From assembly GCA_023150835.1 (NCBI GenBank), contig JAKLKB010000007.1:62001-87114 (forward strand): a stretch of 25,114 nucleotides of DNA, written 5' to 3'. A model generated the notes under the pieces. The model was given only the letters and a program-made list of their open reading frames with translations, made no database searches and was not told where the DNA came from. Positions 1-9,421 of the stretch are shown in pieces. Made by a program: the position numbers and the translations under genes. Every line of letters begins with the position of its first letter. Within the stretch, counting starts at the first letter, position 1. The stretch comes from Myxococcota bacterium (lineage in GTDB: Bacteria > Myxococcota_C > UBA6777).

Positions 1-1
1 G

Positions 2-838
2 ATTGCAGATCATCAAGAACAGAGCGAAAAGCCAGAGATTCTGGGCTTTGGAGCGGAAACGAAGCCAGCGCCAATTGAAACAGATGCACAAAGTCCTCGT
101 GCGGAAAACGCAGCATCCACCGCGCAACTTGCACACGCATCGCAAGATGCGGACTCAGCAAAAGCTCGCGCAAGATATCACGCGCCTCGATCAACGGCAT
201 CTGCGCCAAAGCCTGCACCAAACGCTCCAAACGCACCGATGTTGCGCCTTCTCGGATCATCCGCGCCATCTTCGGGACAGCTTCTGCTACCTGCCAACGC
301 CCCAAGGTCTCCATCGCAAGATGCTGGCAGCGCTGTTGCGGAGAATCCAACATCTCCAAAAATAACCTTGCGCTTCGTGGATGCGGATACAGCGCAAGAC
401 AAGACAACACTTCCAAGCGCATCTGTACAGGCACCGAAGGATCGGACGCGATCACGCACAACAGATCGAACGCACGCAGCGACGCCAACGCCCGAAGCAA
501 CGCACGTTGCGCCTCCAACGAGACTGGCAACGCATCCAAAGCCCGCTTCAACAACGGTACGGCTTTCGACTCCCCCAGCGCTTGCATCCCCATCGCTCCC
601 GCGCTCCAAGCCTCTTGATACAAACACTCACAGAAAAAGATCCACGCCTGCACACGATCTTCTTCGATCAGTCTGCGCGCTGTATCCTCCGAAGGAGCCG
701 CCATATAACGCGACGCCAGATGACGCCAATGCTCTGTTCCGCCTTCCCATGCGAACGCTGCCATCTTCTTTCAAACCTTTTTCTTTCAGAAGCGACGCCG
801 TCGGTGGGGTGGGGTTGAAACCCCACGCCCCGCCATAG
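2..838 (+). CDS. 5'-partial hypothetical protein, Ala/Pro/Ser/Thr-rich low-complexity C-terminus
   Basis: Frame 2 is open from base 2 to TAG at 836-838 (track ORF 239..838 is its distal part). No recognisable domain. The last codons read into repeat module X. Confidence 0.5.
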   Translation: MADHQEQSEKPEILGFGAETKPAPIETDAQSPRAENAASTAQLAHASQDADSAKARARYHAPRSTASAPKPAPNAPNAPMLRLLGSSAPSSGQLLLPANAPRSPSQDAGSAVAENPTSPKITLRFVDADTAQDKTTLPSASVQAPKDRTRSRTTDRTHAATPTPEATHVAPPTRLATHPKPASTTVRLSTPPALASPSLPRSKPLDTNTHRKRSTPAHDLLRSVCALYPPKEPPYNATPDDANALFRLPMRTLPSSFKPFSFRSDAVGGVGLKPHAPP

Positions 839-946
839 AGCCTTGCCCCCTTGACCCCGTGTTGGCGGGGCGATCGAGGGTGTTTCAAACAAACGGCACA
901 GCCGCTTGAAGCTCTGCGAACACGGCTTTTTTTGTCAACTGCGTCA
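809..946 (+). repeat. Dispersed palindromic repeat, module X, copy 1
   Basis: GTGGGGttgaaaCCCCAC...CCCCTTGACCCCG...GCCGCTTGA...GCGAACACGGCTTTTTT...AACTGCGTCA. Aligns with 15156-15293 and four other copies. Confidence 0.85.
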
Positions 947-3900
947 CTTCTCTTCTTTTCTGCGTTTCTGTTTTGCTTTTTTTCCTCGCTTGGTCTGTGT
1001 GCTTTTGGCTTGTTTGGTCTTGGGTGGATCTTCGGCCTTGGGTTCGGCCACAAAGGTCAACTGGGCTTGGACTTTGCGCTTGTCTTGCGGGGGGAAAAAC
1101 TTGCGCCCACGCAGCTTCCATAAGAAACAGTCACCGAATCCTTCGGGAAGCGTCGAAGCATCGAGATGGGTGGTTAGTGCGCGCCCATAGCCGCTGATCT
1201 GCAAAGATACGGTGGCTTGGCCTTCTTCGAGGGAGGTTGTTTTTGAGGGCGATGCTGCGGGCTTTTTCTCCGCAGCGTAGCGCTTGCGCATCTGGCGATA
1301 ACACACCGAAAGCGACAAGAGGCGGGCTTCGACGGACTGTTTGAATTTCTCACGGTCGATCACGCCCTTCACACGCACAGAAATCAAACGCACCCGCCCC
1401 TCGGGCAAGACCAGCGGCTTGGTGCGGTATCTTTGATAACGACGACGGATGGAATAGCCACGATAAGGCATCGAACAGGGGGCTGCTTGCGCTAAAAATT
1501 CCGCCGAAGAACGGGCCGATTGAGCAGACCAAGCGGCTGCATCGGTTTGCGCAAAAGCCTTCGCCCCACCGAGATCACCGCCCCACACCCACAACAAAGC
1601 GATCCCTGTGAGACTTGCCGCACGACCAAAGATCCGCACCCGCCGCAAAAAGATATCCAGCAAAAACAAGCAAAGCGCCAAAAACACCAGATACGGCCAC
1701 AAGGGTTTGTGCGCAAGCAAGCGCTCATCAGACTTCCGCGCCCAGATATCGGACTCTTTGGGTTCAAAGAACCCACCGCCCACTTGGGCCGCCGCACGAA
1801 GGCGCGGGATATCGGGACTCGCGCTCAGCCACTCCGCAGGATACGAAAAAGAAGCTGAAGCCTGCGAACGACCGACCGTTTGGCCGTTGCGCTTAAAGGT
1901 GGCTTTGATCACATAAGCTCCGTGGCTCGTCGCGGGGAAGGTTCCTTCGTAAAACCCGGGTCCTGTTTGACGCATCGTCGCTTTGACAGATCGCAGTTTG
2001 GGATCAAGGATCGTCGCGAGACCATCGAGCTTATCGATAAAAACGCCGTTGTTGTCGATCGCATCGACCGTCAAATAACCGATCCCATCGCGGATCGTCG
2101 CTTTCATCCGAAGCTCACGACTTGGCCCTTGGCGCATATACTCACGGATCGTCTGCGCCCAAAACTGCCCATACCCCCGCCAAGGCAACCACTGCACCGA
2201 CCATCGGTTTTTAACATCCGAAGTAAAGGCCGCCACGTTGCCCAAACCCACGCGCCAATGCGCCAACAACGGCTCTCCAAGATCCGTACTCAAGATCACT
2301 TGCGCTCCGCGCTTCGGCTTTGTGGAGACATAACCAAGCAGATACGGCGCAGAAGAAAAATCCAAGCCTCGGATCGCCTGTGCGCGGGCATTCAAAACAC
2401 GCGGTCGGAAGGGTTCTTCCACAAACGATGATCGGCTCACCTTGCTCGTCTCCTTCGTAAAGATCTTGGGGATGCTGTAGACATCGTTGGTCGCATAAAA
2501 ACGCCCGCTTCCTTGTTGCGCCATCTGCTGCAAGATATCGACGCGACTCCCTGCGCCTACAGCCACCGTCGAGATCGTCATGCTTTCGGCGGTCATCATC
2601 TGCACCACTTCCAAGATGCTCGACGGCGATTCCGAAGGCGCACCATCCGTCAACAAGATCACATGCTTGACCCGCGCATTGACTCCCGACAGCATCGTAT
2701 GCGCCATCCGTAGGGCCGGAATGAAGTTCGTCCCACCGTCCGAACGCAAACGGCCAATGTCGTAAAGGATCCGAGACTTGTTGCTTGCAGACTGCATCGC
2801 AACCAACTCTTCGGACTGGTGATTAAACGCCACCACTCCGACATAATCGTTGTCCCCCAGTAGCCGCACCGTCGCTTTCGCAGCATCCCGCGCCAACGCG
2901 ATCCGATCGCTTCCCATCGAACACGACTTGTCGATCACCATCACCAACGCCAACGACGGCGACTCTTTCTTCTTTTCGATATCCAAACGCACCGGCAAGA
3001 TCTTTTCCATCTGTGTCTGAAAATATCCCCCCGGGCCAAAGCTATTTTCCCCGCCCACCATGATCAAACCACCCCCCAGATCGCGAACATACGCCTGCAT
3101 CAAGCTCATCTGACCCGTAGAAAGCTGATAGGCCGGTATATCGGACAACAGCACCAGATCATAACGCTCCAGATCCGCCAGACGCGAAGGGACACCGTAC
3201 CCACTTCTCACTTCCACAGAAAACTTCTCTTTTTGCAGCGCTTGCGTCAGATAATGCGCTCGTTCGGGCGTCCCCTCCAAGTACAACACACGTGGTTCGC
3301 CCAAGATCGAAGCCGCTCGCACAAAAAAGTTGTTTCCTCGAAAACGATCACGACGTGGGCGGATAATCGCCTGAAACGACGTAGCCCCCGCTTCATCGAC
3401 TTGGGCCTTAAAACGCACTTGATTGATGCCTTTGACCAGATCCACACGGCGCGCTGCAAACACAAACCCGTCCTTGTAAATCACCAAAGGCACCGCCTTG
3501 TCCGCGTAGGTTGAAAAGATCTGCACGTCCATGTGAAAAGGCGCACGAAGGCGGATATTCTCGGGGATACGCACATCTTGGATCAAGACTTCATCGGGAT
3601 AAGGGCCTCGGATCGCCACCGTCGACAGTTTGATACCGAGCCGTTTGGCCCGCGCTGCTTCTTGCAGCAAACTCCCCTGTGTCTCCCGACCATCCGAGAT
3701 CAACACCATCCGACGGATCGTATCCGCCGGAAAGATCCCGTATGCGTGGCGGATCGCCGCTTGGAGATTCGAGGCATTCTCGTTTTTGTGCCGCTTGATC
3801 TGCGGGGCTTTTTTCTGCTCTCCCTTTAACAGGCGTGTGCTCGAAGAAAAAGTCAAAACACGGATATCATCTTTTCCTTTTCGACTTTTCCACAATGTAT

Positions 3901-4204
3901 CGATGTACTCTTGCGCCTTCATCAAGGCGGCCCCCGGCACAGACGGCGAGACATCCACCAACACCACCACCGCCATCCGATCGCTGTAGCTGCGGCTCGC
4001 AAGGCCCGAAACCGACAGCGCCAACAACGCGATCACCAACGCACGCGCCAAAAAAGACAACGCTTGTTGAAATCGACTGAGGTCCACAAGAGAAAAACGC
4101 TGTACCAATAAAAGCAGCGGGATCAGCAACAACAACCACAACCACGATGGCTGCGTCAGACTGATCTCCTCCCAGCGGAGGTGGACAAGCTCGTTTAGAT
4201 CCAT
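944..4204 (-). CDS. Membrane-anchored VWA-domain protein (N-terminal double TM, VWA, glutamine-amidotransferase-like DUF1355 region, second VWA, C-terminal TM) with extra AgmX/PglI (TonB-C-like) C-terminal domain
   Basis: 1086 aa. MIDAS motifs DVSPS and DKSCS. GGGLIMVGGENSFGPGGY and GLGNVAAFTSD motifs. Last gene of the MoxR operon. Tail has CY...G.ATVSLQISGYG...DCFLWKLRGRKFFPP. Confidence 0.9.
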   Translation of the reverse strand: MDLNELVHLRWEEISLTQPSWLWLLLLIPLLLLVQRFSLVDLSRFQQALSFLARALVIALLALSVSGLASRSYSDRMAVVVLVDVSPSVPGAALMKAQEYIDTLWKSRKGKDDIRVLTFSSSTRLLKGEQKKAPQIKRHKNENASNLQAAIRHAYGIFPADTIRRMVLISDGRETQGSLLQEAARAKRLGIKLSTVAIRGPYPDEVLIQDVRIPENIRLRAPFHMDVQIFSTYADKAVPLVIYKDGFVFAARRVDLVKGINQVRFKAQVDEAGATSFQAIIRPRRDRFRGNNFFVRAASILGEPRVLYLEGTPERAHYLTQALQKEKFSVEVRSGYGVPSRLADLERYDLVLLSDIPAYQLSTGQMSLMQAYVRDLGGGLIMVGGENSFGPGGYFQTQMEKILPVRLDIEKKKESPSLALVMVIDKSCSMGSDRIALARDAAKATVRLLGDNDYVGVVAFNHQSEELVAMQSASNKSRILYDIGRLRSDGGTNFIPALRMAHTMLSGVNARVKHVILLTDGAPSESPSSILEVVQMMTAESMTISTVAVGAGSRVDILQQMAQQGSGRFYATNDVYSIPKIFTKETSKVSRSSFVEEPFRPRVLNARAQAIRGLDFSSAPYLLGYVSTKPKRGAQVILSTDLGEPLLAHWRVGLGNVAAFTSDVKNRWSVQWLPWRGYGQFWAQTIREYMRQGPSRELRMKATIRDGIGYLTVDAIDNNGVFIDKLDGLATILDPKLRSVKATMRQTGPGFYEGTFPATSHGAYVIKATFKRNGQTVGRSQASASFSYPAEWLSASPDIPRLRAAAQVGGGFFEPKESDIWARKSDERLLAHKPLWPYLVFLALCLFLLDIFLRRVRIFGRAASLTGIALLWVWGGDLGGAKAFAQTDAAAWSAQSARSSAEFLAQAAPCSMPYRGYSIRRRYQRYRTKPLVLPEGRVRLISVRVKGVIDREKFKQSVEARLLSLSVCYRQMRKRYAAEKKPAASPSKTTSLEEGQATVSLQISGYGRALTTHLDASTLPEGFGDCFLWKLRGRKFFPPQDKRKVQAQLTFVAEPKAEDPPKTKQAKSTQTKRGKKAKQKRRKEEK

Positions 4205-4218
4205 GATTTCTCAGCACC

Positions 4219-6570
4219 TTATACAGTAAGGCGGCGGTTGTAAGTCCACCACTCGATGCTTAGCAACACCAACGCCAGTAACAAAAGAAACAGCCAGATC
4301 GGGCGTGGGATCGGGATACGGAAACCTGCGATATCAAACTCCGTTCGCAACGCTTCTTGCTGCTTTTTCTTCGCCTTCTTCTCAAGCGCCGCCAACATCT
4401 GACGCGGTTGGATCGTGGATTCTTGCACATCCGCAAGATTCGCACCCAGCCACTGCTCAAATCCCGGAGCCGAAAGACGATAAAATCCTGCATACTTTCC
4501 TGCAAACGTCACCTGTCCGTCTCGAACGGGGATCTCCACAGCGGGTTGCCCTGCTTCTTTGGGCATCTCGATACGCACTTGGTTCACGTTCGCAGGCAGA
4601 TCGATCTCCCAAAGCTCCCCTGTCACCCGCGTCGTCGGTGGTTCGGGCCGTCCACCGCGCACCATCCATTGGATCGCGTTGCGCACAAACAGCGGAAACG
4701 CTACACGCAAGGGCAGATCCGTTTCGCGCAAAGAAAAGCCGATCACCATACTGATCCGATCTTTCTCTTTGCGCGCCAGAATCAACGGATCAGTAAAGGC
4801 TCCCACCAACACGATATCATTGGGTTGTTTTGTCAGCCGCACCGCCCGTGCGATGTTGATATCGCTCATCGTCACAAACTGCATTACAGGGTGCGATTGC
4901 CGTTGCTCCGTCACCAAGGGCTGTTTCAACATCTTTTCGGGATCGCGCACCACCTCAAACGGCGTTCCTTGTTCGGGCGGATCAAAGAACAGAAAACGCC
5001 CTTCTCGCGGAAGCGTCGGCGGCGCGCAACGATTAAAGATCACGATATCAAAACGGCCTTGTGTTGTCGGATAAGCCGCGCAGGTGACGTTGCGATAAGA
5101 GATCTGAGGATCCGAAAGCAACGCCGCGTGAAGATAGAGGTTTTCGTCACTGACCATCAAAACGGAAGGAGGCTCTGTTTTGGGTAGGACTGCATACGCC
5201 CGATTGTCGGCCTCAAAGTGATCTTTTCCTTGCTTGATCACCAAACGCGCTTCGAGTTTTTGCCCTTGTGCCAAGAGTTTGGGAAATGTCTTGCGCAGGC
5301 GCTCTCCTGCGCGCATCTGCATCTGCACGCTTTCCACAATCAAATCATTGACATACAGGTCCAAAAAGCCCGAAGCAGGCTCTTTGGAAAAATTCTGAAC
5401 CTCGATATACGCCGCAAAGTGCAAAGGATGTTCGGGTTGACGGCGTGCGCTGAGTGCCACGATCCCGACGTTGTCGGCGCTTTTTCCGATGCTTACAAGG
5501 CGAAACGGCGGCAGCTTTCGTGCGGCTTCGACTTCGCTTGTGTAGGCGCTGAGATCGAGTTTTCGTTCGATGCCTTCGGGAAGTTCGATCTCACGGCGAG
5601 GGGGAGGCTGGCGTGCGATGGTTTTTCGCCCTTTTGCTTTGGCGGCCTTTCCTCGACGCACCCGTTTCTTTCCTCGACGCACCCGGCCTTTGCGTGCGGT
5701 TGTTTTTTTCTTTCGCTTGCTTGTACTTTTTCTTTTACTTGTTCGCTTCTTTTTCTTGCTGGCTTTTTTTCGTGGCGAAGGCGGGCGTTGTTGGGTGGGT
5801 TCTCTTTGGGTCGCGGCCCTTGGTTCGATGTCTTTCGATGGAGACGCATCTTTCGGACGTGCGGTGTCTTTGGGGGAAACAGCGGCGCGAGACTTGGGTT
5901 CAAGCGCGGGAGAAGACGGCGACTTTTTTTGGTCAGGCAACGGTTCGAGCAGATCTTCGTGCAACGAACCCAAAGCACCGTCCGATATCACAAGGATCTC
6001 ACCGCGCTTGCGCCCGATCAGCGCATCTTCGGCCAACCACAGCGCCCGTCGCAGATCGGACGAAGTATCCGAAGCCTTGAGATGGTCGATTTGTCGCCGC
6101 AATAGCGCCTTGTCGGTCGTAAAGGGCGTGAGCGGGATGACTTCGCGATCCATCGCAACCAACATCATCCGATCTTGCCCAACCAAGGAGCCCACTTGGC
6201 GTAGGGCCTCTTCTTTGGCAGACGCAAAGCGCGTGGTCGAGCCTTCTTGGGCTTTCATGCTTGCCGAAGTATCCAACACCACCACCAGATTGCGACCGCT
6301 CAAAAGCTCCGCCCGTAGGCGCGGATCCGCCAAAGCCAACAGCAACAGCCCCCAAAAAAACAACTGCAACAGCCACGAGATCAAGCGCTTTAATCGCTCA
6401 AAAAGGCTCTGGTATTGCTTGCGTTGCACGACACGATGCCACAACGGAAGATAAGGAACCACCAACTGACGCCGCCGCAAACGCAACAAATACAACAGGC
6501 TGATCACACCCAAACCCGCGAGACCCAAGCCCATCAGCCACGGTGTCGAAAGCCCTGCCAAGGAGATCAT
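4219..6570 (-). CDS. BatA-type N-terminal double-TM and VWA domain protein with Lys/Arg-rich insert
   Basis: 783 aa. BatA-like N-terminus ending LALADP, MIDAS DTSASM, ISDG, C-terminal TM ending IEWW..RR. ATG overlaps the DUF58 stop (ATGA). Confidence 0.9.
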   Translation of the reverse strand: MISLAGLSTPWLMGLGLAGLGVISLLYLLRLRRRQLVVPYLPLWHRVVQRKQYQSLFERLKRLISWLLQLFFWGLLLLALADPRLRAELLSGRNLVVVLDTSASMKAQEGSTTRFASAKEEALRQVGSLVGQDRMMLVAMDREVIPLTPFTTDKALLRRQIDHLKASDTSSDLRRALWLAEDALIGRKRGEILVISDGALGSLHEDLLEPLPDQKKSPSSPALEPKSRAAVSPKDTARPKDASPSKDIEPRAATQREPTQQRPPSPRKKASKKKKRTSKRKSTSKRKKKTTARKGRVRRGKKRVRRGKAAKAKGRKTIARQPPPRREIELPEGIERKLDLSAYTSEVEAARKLPPFRLVSIGKSADNVGIVALSARRQPEHPLHFAAYIEVQNFSKEPASGFLDLYVNDLIVESVQMQMRAGERLRKTFPKLLAQGQKLEARLVIKQGKDHFEADNRAYAVLPKTEPPSVLMVSDENLYLHAALLSDPQISYRNVTCAAYPTTQGRFDIVIFNRCAPPTLPREGRFLFFDPPEQGTPFEVVRDPEKMLKQPLVTEQRQSHPVMQFVTMSDINIARAVRLTKQPNDIVLVGAFTDPLILARKEKDRISMVIGFSLRETDLPLRVAFPLFVRNAIQWMVRGGRPEPPTTRVTGELWEIDLPANVNQVRIEMPKEAGQPAVEIPVRDGQVTFAGKYAGFYRLSAPGFEQWLGANLADVQESTIQPRQMLAALEKKAKKKQQEALRTEFDIAGFRIPIPRPIWLFLLLLALVLLSIEWWTYNRRLTV

Positions 6571-7454
6571 GCCAAAAAGCCTCCGCGCCGAAAGATGTCC
6601 AACACCAGATCTTCAAACGGCACTTGGATCGACGTCCGAAACAACGTGATCTCACTTTGCAAACAGTACTGCTCAAGCTCTTGACAGTATTGCTCAAATG
6701 CCTCTTGGTACGCTTTGATCAAACGCGGCGACAGCGTTGTCGTTAAGCGCTCGCCCGTCTCGTGGTCGATCAACTCGACATCTCCCCGAACATCGGGGTT
6801 TAATTCGCGTTCGTCAAACAGTTGGATCGCAAAGATATCGTAGCGAAAATAACGCAGATAATCGAGCGCTTGGCGGTAGCCCTTTTCATCGTAAAAGTCA
6901 CTCAACAACACCGCGATCCCGCGCCTTTTGCTTTGATGCACAAAGGCTTGAAGGCTATCCTCCATCCGCGTTCCTTTGGTATCAGGGATGCGCTCCAAGA
7001 ACTTGAGTACTTTAAAAATGTTGGGTTTTCCACGACTTGGGGGCAGCCGTCCTTCGACTTTTTCCCCAAACGTCAACAGGCTCACACGATCCAGATTGCT
7101 CAACGTGATGTACGCCAATGCCGCCGCCACACGCAGCGCATAATCTAGGCGGCTTGGTGTCCCCATCCGCATCGACGGGCTGATATCGATCAACAAGTAG
7201 ACATACAAGTCTTCTTCTTCTTCAAAAAGACGTAAGAATAACTTCTGAAGTCGTGCGTACAATGTCCAGTCGATGTGGCGAAGATCATCCCCCGGCATAT
7301 ATTCCCGATAATCCGCAAACTCGATCCCCGATCCCACTTTCCGACTTCTGCGCTCTGCGCGGTTCTGGCCGCTCAAGATCTTTTTGGAAATAAGATAAAG
7401 ATACTCCAGCTTTTCCAAAAATTCGTTTTCAAACAAACTGTCTGCCACCGACAT
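6567..7454 (-). CDS. DUF58 domain-containing protein
   Basis: 295 aa. GSGIEFADYREYMPGDDLRHIDW, DISPSM and LLSDF motifs. Downstream of MoxR. Confidence 0.95.
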   Translation of the reverse strand: MSVADSLFENEFLEKLEYLYLISKKILSGQNRAERRSRKVGSGIEFADYREYMPGDDLRHIDWTLYARLQKLFLRLFEEEEDLYVYLLIDISPSMRMGTPSRLDYALRVAAALAYITLSNLDRVSLLTFGEKVEGRLPPSRGKPNIFKVLKFLERIPDTKGTRMEDSLQAFVHQSKRRGIAVLLSDFYDEKGYRQALDYLRYFRYDIFAIQLFDERELNPDVRGDVELIDHETGERLTTTLSPRLIKAYQEAFEQYCQELEQYCLQSEITLFRTSIQVPFEDLVLDIFRRGGFLA

Positions 7455-7472
7455 CCCTCTCTTTTTAGGATA

Positions 7473-7727
7473 GGAGTGATACGATATTCGAGTGATCCAT
7501 GATCGAAGGATAGCGCGTAGACGCCCGACTGTTGGGCAGCCACACTTGTCTGCCCCTACGTTTTGCGATCACACGATGGGCGGATTTCGTATGACTTGTT
7601 GCCAAAAAAGCCGTGTTCGCGACCGTTCAAGCGACAGAGTCGTTGTCTTGAAAAACTTGCGATCTCTTCGCCAATACGGGGTCCATAGAGCCGCGCCAAG
7701 GAAGTGGGGCATGGGGTGAAACCCCAC
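7473..7727 (-). repeat. Composite repeat X+Y inside the MoxR operon
   Basis: Reverse complement aligns collinearly with 15156-15414 (GGAGTGATACGATAT, GTAGACGCCC, GGGCAGCCAC..CTGCCCCTAC, GCGGATTTCGTATGAC, CCGTGTTCGCGA, GGGGTGAAACCCCAC). Confidence 0.85.
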
Positions 7728-7802
7728 CCCATCTGTCCAACTGCGTAAGTCCATTCGGCTCGACGCAGCCGACACCAGCGCTCGCCCGCCGTGTTGCGGG
7801 TG

Positions 7803-8804
7803 TTAGCGCTCCATCTCGGGGACAGCGTCCAGCAATCCTTGTAAGATGCTGTCATGGCTGACATTTTTATCCGCCTCTCCTTCAAAGCTCAAGATAATGC
7901 GGTGACGCAAAGCCAGCTTTGCGACGAAGCGGATATCTTCGTTGGACACCGCAAAACGACCTTCGATCAAAGCACGTGCTTTTGCGCCCAACAAGATCGC
8001 CTGTGCGCCCCGAGGACTCGAACCAAAGCGCACATAACGCTTGACGATCGGCGGTGCTTTGGGCGCTTCGGGATGGGTGGATTCGACGATCCGCACGACA
8101 TAATCGCGGCGCAACCGATCGACTTCGACTTCACGAATCAGCTTTTGCATCTCGATGATGCGATCCCCCGTAATCACGGGACTTACCGAAGGAAACACCG
8201 TCCCTGTGGTTTGCTCCAAGATGCGGTGCATATCGTCGCGGGTGGGGCGCGGGACGTTCAGCTTAAACAAAAAGCGGTCAAGCTGCGCTTCGGGGAGCGG
8301 ATACGTCCCTTCCATCTCGATGGGGTTTTGGGTCGCCATCACCAAAAAAGGCTCTTTGAGCCGATGGGTCTGGCGGAAGATCGTGACGGAGTGTTCTTGC
8401 ATGGCTTCGAGCATCGCCGACTGGGTCTTGGGGATGGCGCGGTTGATCTCGTCCGCCATGACGATGTTTGCGAAGATCGGCCCTTGAATCAGCTTGTACT
8501 CGCGCTGTCCGCCCTCTCCCTCCACGATCATGTTCGTGCCCAAGATATCCGCAGGCATCAAGTCCGGCGTGAACTGGATACGACTAAACGTCAGTCGCAT
8601 CGCTTCGGACAACGTCTTCACAAGCAACGTCTTTCCAAGGCCCGGTGTCCCTTCAAGCAGAACATGCCCCCCCGAAAGCATCCCCAACATCACGCCGCGC
8701 ACGATCTCTTTTTGTCCTACAATAACTTTCCCGATCTCTTCTTCTAAACGCAACAAATCCTGACGAAATGTATCGACCATCGCTGCGACTGATGCTTGCG
8801 CCAT
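7803..8804 (-). CDS. moxR: MoxR family AAA+ ATPase
   Basis: 333 aa. Walker A GTPGLGKT, RIQFTPDLMPADI, Walker B ADEINR, ATQNPIEMEGTYPLPEAQLDRF. Confidence 0.96.
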   Translation of the reverse strand: MAQASVAAMVDTFRQDLLRLEEEIGKVIVGQKEIVRGVMLGMLSGGHVLLEGTPGLGKTLLVKTLSEAMRLTFSRIQFTPDLMPADILGTNMIVEGEGGQREYKLIQGPIFANIVMADEINRAIPKTQSAMLEAMQEHSVTIFRQTHRLKEPFLVMATQNPIEMEGTYPLPEAQLDRFLFKLNVPRPTRDDMHRILEQTTGTVFPSVSPVITGDRIIEMQKLIREVEVDRLRRDYVVRIVESTHPEAPKAPPIVKRYVRFGSSPRGAQAILLGAKARALIEGRFAVSNEDIRFVAKLALRHRIILSFEGEADKNVSHDSILQGLLDAVPEMER

Positions 8805-9032
8805 TCCCTAACTCCCGTCTCGTTTGCGACCTTGCTTTCGTGCGCAAAGGCCCCAAAGCCTCGCACGTCTGACAACCGCGCCAAGTTAGCACTCGCGATC
8901 CCACCGGTCAAGCCAACCACTTTTCACCCGAAGACCGCTCCACCACAAGGTCATCCCCACTCCCAAACGCCCTTCCATCGCTCACGATCTAATCTCCCCA
9001 CCTCTCCACATTGGGCTTCCTTAGATTCGGCT

Positions 9033-9407
9033 TGATACGATATCCGAGCGATGTGTGATCGTAAGATATTGCGTAGACGCCCGATTCTTGGGCAGCCACA
9101 GGGGGCTGCCCCCATACGCGCCTTGTTAAGGTGCAAACACCGGATAGTCTAGCCTGATCGCCGTTTCTTTTTCTCCCCCCCTCAATCCCCCCGTGAACGG
9201 GGGGAAGTTGGAACGGGCAGCGTCTGCGTCTCGTGCAAACAGCGTGCGTCATGAAAAAACAAAATCCCCGATGCTTCCGACTTTCGCTCCCTCCCCTGTT
9301 CACGGGGGAGGGCTGGGGTGGGGGGGCCAACAAGCGCTTCACCTAACGCCTATGGGGGCTGCCCCTACACCGTTACGGTTGCACGCCCTGCGGATTTCGT
9401 ATGACGC
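9033..9407 (-). repeat. GTAG-REP module Y, interrupted by a MITE
   Basis: Removing 9113-9365 restores GGGCAGCCACAGGGGGCTGCCCCTAC, the exact reverse complement of 15327-15352. Flanks also match (TGATACGATAT, GTAGACGCCC, CGGATTTCGTATGACGC). Confidence 0.85.
9113..9354. mobile_element. Non-autonomous MITE, IS4 family IS231/IS186-like ends, 242 bp
   Basis: Imperfect TIRs CATACGCGCCTTGTTAAG and (reverse complement) CATAGGCGTTAGGTGAAG. 11-bp direct repeat GGGGCTGCCCC at 9102-9112 and 9355-9365. Near-identical second copy at 24978. Confidence 0.8.
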
Positions 9408-9421
9408 CATCCGATGGTGTT

